Source: Nitrospirales bacterium
GTDB lineage: Bacteria > Nitrospirota > Nitrospiria > Nitrospirales > UBA8639
Assembly (NCBI GenBank): GCA_965203295.1
Contig: CBDBCZ010000017.1
Span: 2,304,001 to 2,368,000, forward strand
Length of the DNA: 64,000 nt
Direction: 5' to 3'
Shown here: positions 59,484 through 64,000 of the stretch, piece by piece
How the letters are laid out: each line of letters begins with the position of its first letter
Position numbering within the stretch: position 1 is the first letter of the stretch
The notes under the pieces: model-generated
Databases searched by the model: none
Told to the model about the DNA's origin: nothing
Seen by the model: the letters and a program-made list of their open reading frames with translations, nothing else
Translations under genes and position numbers: made by a program

Positions 59484-60083
59484 CCGTAAACTCTGATAAA
59501 TAACCGGGGGCGGTTATAATTAGAATTAGCAGCCTCAATGGGCGGTTACTTTTACATGGGCGGCTATAATCACAGATCGGTTATTTTTGCAAAACTGTTT
59601 AATAGCGTGGCAGATTTACAGAAACACCCCCCACGTTGAGATCAGCCCGGTAGATGTGAGGTAGGAAGCCTTCAGGCAGGCAAGCTGAACGAGCTCCATA
59701 GCGTTTACGTTAGCTACCGTAGCTTAGTCTCGCTCCCAGAACCCTCCACTAACCGTAGCTAGAGTCTTCTCGCTACAACTAACGCCGACTTCTTGGTTTT
59801 CACAGTCTGATTCTCGTCGCTATTCTGTACGGTCGTGTTGTTCTACTACGTACACTGTATATTAGCTGCAAGGTCTGCTTGCTAAACATTCACACGTGTA
59901 AGCGCTATTAATTTTACCGATTCAATTTCCTGCCTGGGCTGCACGTGAAAATTATGGGCGCCGGGGCGGTTATGTTTACATAGACGGTTTTACACGCGAG
60001 TAAACTGTTGTTGCAGTAAATTGATCGGTTATACTAGAGGGGCGGTTACCTTTAAGGGGGCGGTTATTTATCAGATTTTACGG
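59484..60083. mobile_element. Tc1/pogo-type MITE (family A), inverted copy
   Basis: Same TIRs and interior as 3050-3634; TA flanks. Confidence 0.9.
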
Positions 60084-63000
60084 TATTTCACTATCTTCAA
60101 AAGCCGCAGCTACTACTGTGGTCATTGATTCTGCATTGTAGACTAACATGGACAGGTTGTTCCACTTAACATGTACATGTTATGTTATTATAATGCAGTA
60201 GATTGCACGAGGTGAGAAAATGCCAGCAGAGTGTTTAAGGGTAGCTACTGTAGTACAATCGTACTCTGTACAAGCAGTTGTTCGCAGAATGCATTTGGTT
60301 CTGGCCAAATTATTGACTCTGCTGGAGCAGGTACATTAATTTCAGGTGCTGTCAATGCACACACACATCCATACATGGCCTTAATAGGCGTATTTTACTG
60401 CATGCCTCTGTGGTGGATTGAGTTGGGTGGGATCTCGTTAATGTTTGCATTCATTAATATACTTCAGCTGCCAGTTACATGTACATGTACTCTGCAGCTG
60501 CGTTCGACACATCTATTAATTGTATCACTTGTGCATACATGCATGGTATTCCATGCAAAGGGTCTCGGGAACTGCTGAGTGATATTACGTATGTATCAAC
60601 ACATTGCTAGGCTCTGCCCAGTGCAAGCTGCTTAGCAACCATTGTCTTCCTGATCAGCCAGAATGACAGTTGTCACTGGACGTCCTGCCGCCCACTGATG
60701 CTCAATCCTTTCTTTGCTACCACTATTTTTGTATCATTGCACATGTAGCACTATTCACTGGCTATTAAAGAATGAAACTTTTGTTTCAATTTCAGTTAGC
60801 CAACTTAATTGAAAATAGAACACTGTTAGTATTAGTTTACCATAATAAATGGGTTGATTTTGCTGAAAAAAACAACATAAGTTGTAGTTTATTCCCAGTA
60901 CTTTTGAATTCTACATTAGTTTTAGTAATTAACTAAGTCTGTTTTGGTTCAACTAGACGACCTTTGTTTTCAGTTTCAGTTAACTAAATCATCACTACTA
61001 CTTACCCCTATCCATGTGCAGAAGTAATTGCTCCACAAGCTCTTTCTCTTTATATTCAGATTGTATTCCTACCAACATCGGTCATCCTAGATCACATACT
61101 GTGGCTTATTGGACTACAGTGGCTGCAGGTCAGTTTCTATTATGTTAAATACAGGTTTTGTGAATGTCTGCTCAAGAATTAACTCATTGCACGCGACCAT
61201 GTTTTCACACGGGAGATTAGCCTTTGCGTCATAAATTATTAAAGTGTACTAAGCGTATTAGTGTAGCAATTGATTAACTTTTTCGCTAACCGTGTCAAGG
61301 AAGTGGCAGATTCTCTGTTTTTTTTTTTTCAAAGACTGTTGGCCACAGCTATTCAGCACATAAGGGCTGCTGATTGGACCATAAAAGCCTCTTCAGGATC
61401 GATCACAAGGTTCATGGTATTTTATATTTCCAATACAGCAATATTGAAAACGAAGTCTGTGCACTCTAGCAGCAAAGCAAAACAGTCCAACTGACTCCCT
61501 GACTGTCTCCAGAAGCAAGATTGTCAAAGCTACCACTGGCACTGACTCTAGTGTCCAATTAACTCTGTAATTAATTATGTAGCTTGCCATAGTTGGCGAT
61601 CATTCATTGCCTGCCAATTTTGCCATGTATGAGGGGTTATTTTACGGTTACATCACTGATTAAAGGTGTGGCCAAAAGACACTGTAGCCGTAGGGAGGGG
61701 CTTTCCCTTCGCCAAAGGCCGGCACACACGAGCAAGTCTGCAAAAACCTATAAATAGGCGTTTCGCTTACATTGTAGACTAATTACACTATGTGTGCCTA
61801 TATATATATATATAATCACGCCACATGCAATCTGTTAGGTGCTTTATAACTGCTGCAATAAACATGCTTATTACATTTCTGTGCTTTTAAGTCCCTCTGC
61901 TAGAGGGAGATACAGGTTAGACTCTGTGTAGTGATCAATCTGCCTTTCTGTAGATTGATGAAAGTACACCTGCAACAGGGGACCTGGTTGCTGGTAGCAG
62001 TCTCACTCGGGAACAGTGCCAGCTAATAAGAGAGACTACCCAACAACTCCTCAGCAGAGGTTAGCAACTTCCATCTGTTGTGTACAACATAGCACATGCA
62101 CACATGTGAAAGTTTGTGGTCATGTGTAAATGGTCTATGTCATATGGAGGACAGTGTAGGAATTGTTTTACGAATTTGAAGACTCTACAAACACTGAGGC
62201 CTCAACAGAGGGCTTTATGGCAGCAGCTTGCAGCAAGCCTTTGAACACTGTTTAATTCAGTCGTGTGCGTTAAGCTGAATAATGTTCACCTTTTCAGCTT
62301 CTAGTTATTTGTATACCTCCCCATGAATTGCAACCTTGCCAAGGCCCTCTGATGAGTCAATAGAAAAAACTACGTGTTTTGATTGTTTCCCAAATATGCC
62401 ATTGTTTCTGTAGTTGAACTAATTTTTGAGCATCACCGGATGGATGTAGATACACTCTCAGTAAACAACTGAGATGTTAAGTAGTAGCTGATGATTGGCC
62501 ACCATGTGTGTTTGGGTGTGCTAGTGCTATACATATTACTGGAAGTGGGTGAGGCCTGCAATCAATACTACAAACCCTTCACACTTTGAGTTGAAAGATT
62601 TCACCAATTTGTGTACATTGTAACAGACATGTAGGTATGTATGTACATTTTCCACTTTGGGAATCAAACATTAAACCATGAAGGGTAGAACCATTTACCT
62701 CTAATTATTCGGTTTTTCTAATTATCTGAATGCATTACTGTGTTTGCTCTGATTCACCTATAAATCATTTTTTAACCATTCTATGATTACACAATAGACA
62801 TTGCTATAACACTTCAACCGAACACTGCCTACTTTTGTCGCAGTGTCCACTCATTGTGAACCCATCCATTCGCTGATTGAACCAAGTATTCAGTAGAGGC
62901 AACGAATGCTCATTGAACCACTGTCTGAGCACTGCCATTTCCTGACTGAACATACATGTAGCTGTTCGCTGACGGAACACTGCTGTTTATCACCCAAATA

Positions 63001-64000
63001 CAGTGTTCATGTACCCAACACAACCGTCACCAACTAAACACAGCCTTTCACCAACTGAACACAGCTGTTTGTGAACTAAACACAGCCCTCGCTTGCCGAT
63101 TGCTGCTGATCTTTTACGTAGATGTGACACATTCCATAGCAAACTGCTCTAATTTGCCCAATGCTTAGAAAATTTTCAATGCATTCTAATTTACAAAACT
63201 TGTCAAAACGAATGTTTTTGGCTATATGGAAAAACTTCCATCAAAATGAGTTGACATGTGCAACTTATTTCATCATAATTATAAATATACCCACTCCACT
63301 GTTGGATACTTGTGATACTGTGGTTCTCAAGATTATTGGTTGTGTCTGTCAATTTTTTTGTTTTTGCTTCAGCCACATACAGCAATACCTGCAGCTTAAA
63401 AGTGCTTGCAGTACTTCCTCAACACGTTGGGAAAACTCTTAAGCTCAGAGGGTTTCAGCAAGCATGTGTGAGTGCCCATCACTGATTGCCAAATTGTATA
63501 TCTGAATAGCGAGAAGATTTATTTTATTTTCCCACTATTCGATACATAATTATTGAGGTCTTAAGTTCTGTGCAGTGGAATGCTTTCAGTACAAGGGCGT
63601 AACTGGAAAATACTCCATGTACTCAATTGTTAACAGCCAGACTTTGATCTAAACAACCAAATCAAATTTCAATTAACACCGTTTCTGTGATGACATTAAT
63701 TTACAATCAGTGAAAAAGCTGCTAATGGCGCTATCACAACCTGGATAGCAAAACAAACTACCACATGGCTTTGTGGGATTAAAAGACTCTTTTCCTGCAA
63801 TCATTGCTAGATAAGGACAACTAAACATGTCATAAATCCAAAACAAGAGCATCACTGTATAAGTGCAGAACAAAGGGCACAGTATTGGATGGTACAATCA
63901 GGGTAACTACGTGTATGCTTTTCCCAACTACTAACTGCTCTACAGTTGAGCAAACTACTGTATAGTCATGGATTTTCCTACTAGTATTTTTACCAGCTGG

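Overview
Eukaryotic, intron-containing, repeat-dominated DNA with no prokaryotic operons, rRNA, tRNA or CRISPR. It is probably from an invertebrate animal; the short palindromic repeats and transposon mix suggest a demosponge, which is inference only. Bases 6.5-29.2 kb form a nested transposon stack. A ~22.7-kb Mutator (MULE) element has microsatellite-containing terminal inverted repeats (TIRs). Inside it lie (i) the remnant of one Tc1-like element and (ii) a complete 9.4-kb Tc1 (DD34E) element. Each carries a multi-exon cargo gene ending in a BEN-like domain. The BEN gene of the complete element is split by a 5.4-kb KDZ/Zisupton-type element with a perfect 8-bp target-site duplication (TSD), and that element carries an apparently intact NRF1/EWG-like transcription-factor gene divergent from its transposase. 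Further right are an intact CRE-clade non-LTR retrotransposon inserted into a DINE-1/HINE-like repeat, a ~92-bp degenerate satellite, many MITEs, and decayed intron-retaining fragments of host genes (ATR, CacyBP/SIP, tectonic). The most interesting signal is that unrelated DNA transposons carry sequence-specific chromatin/transcription-factor cargo (BEN, NRF1-like). All family assignments come from motif recognition by eye; no searches were run.
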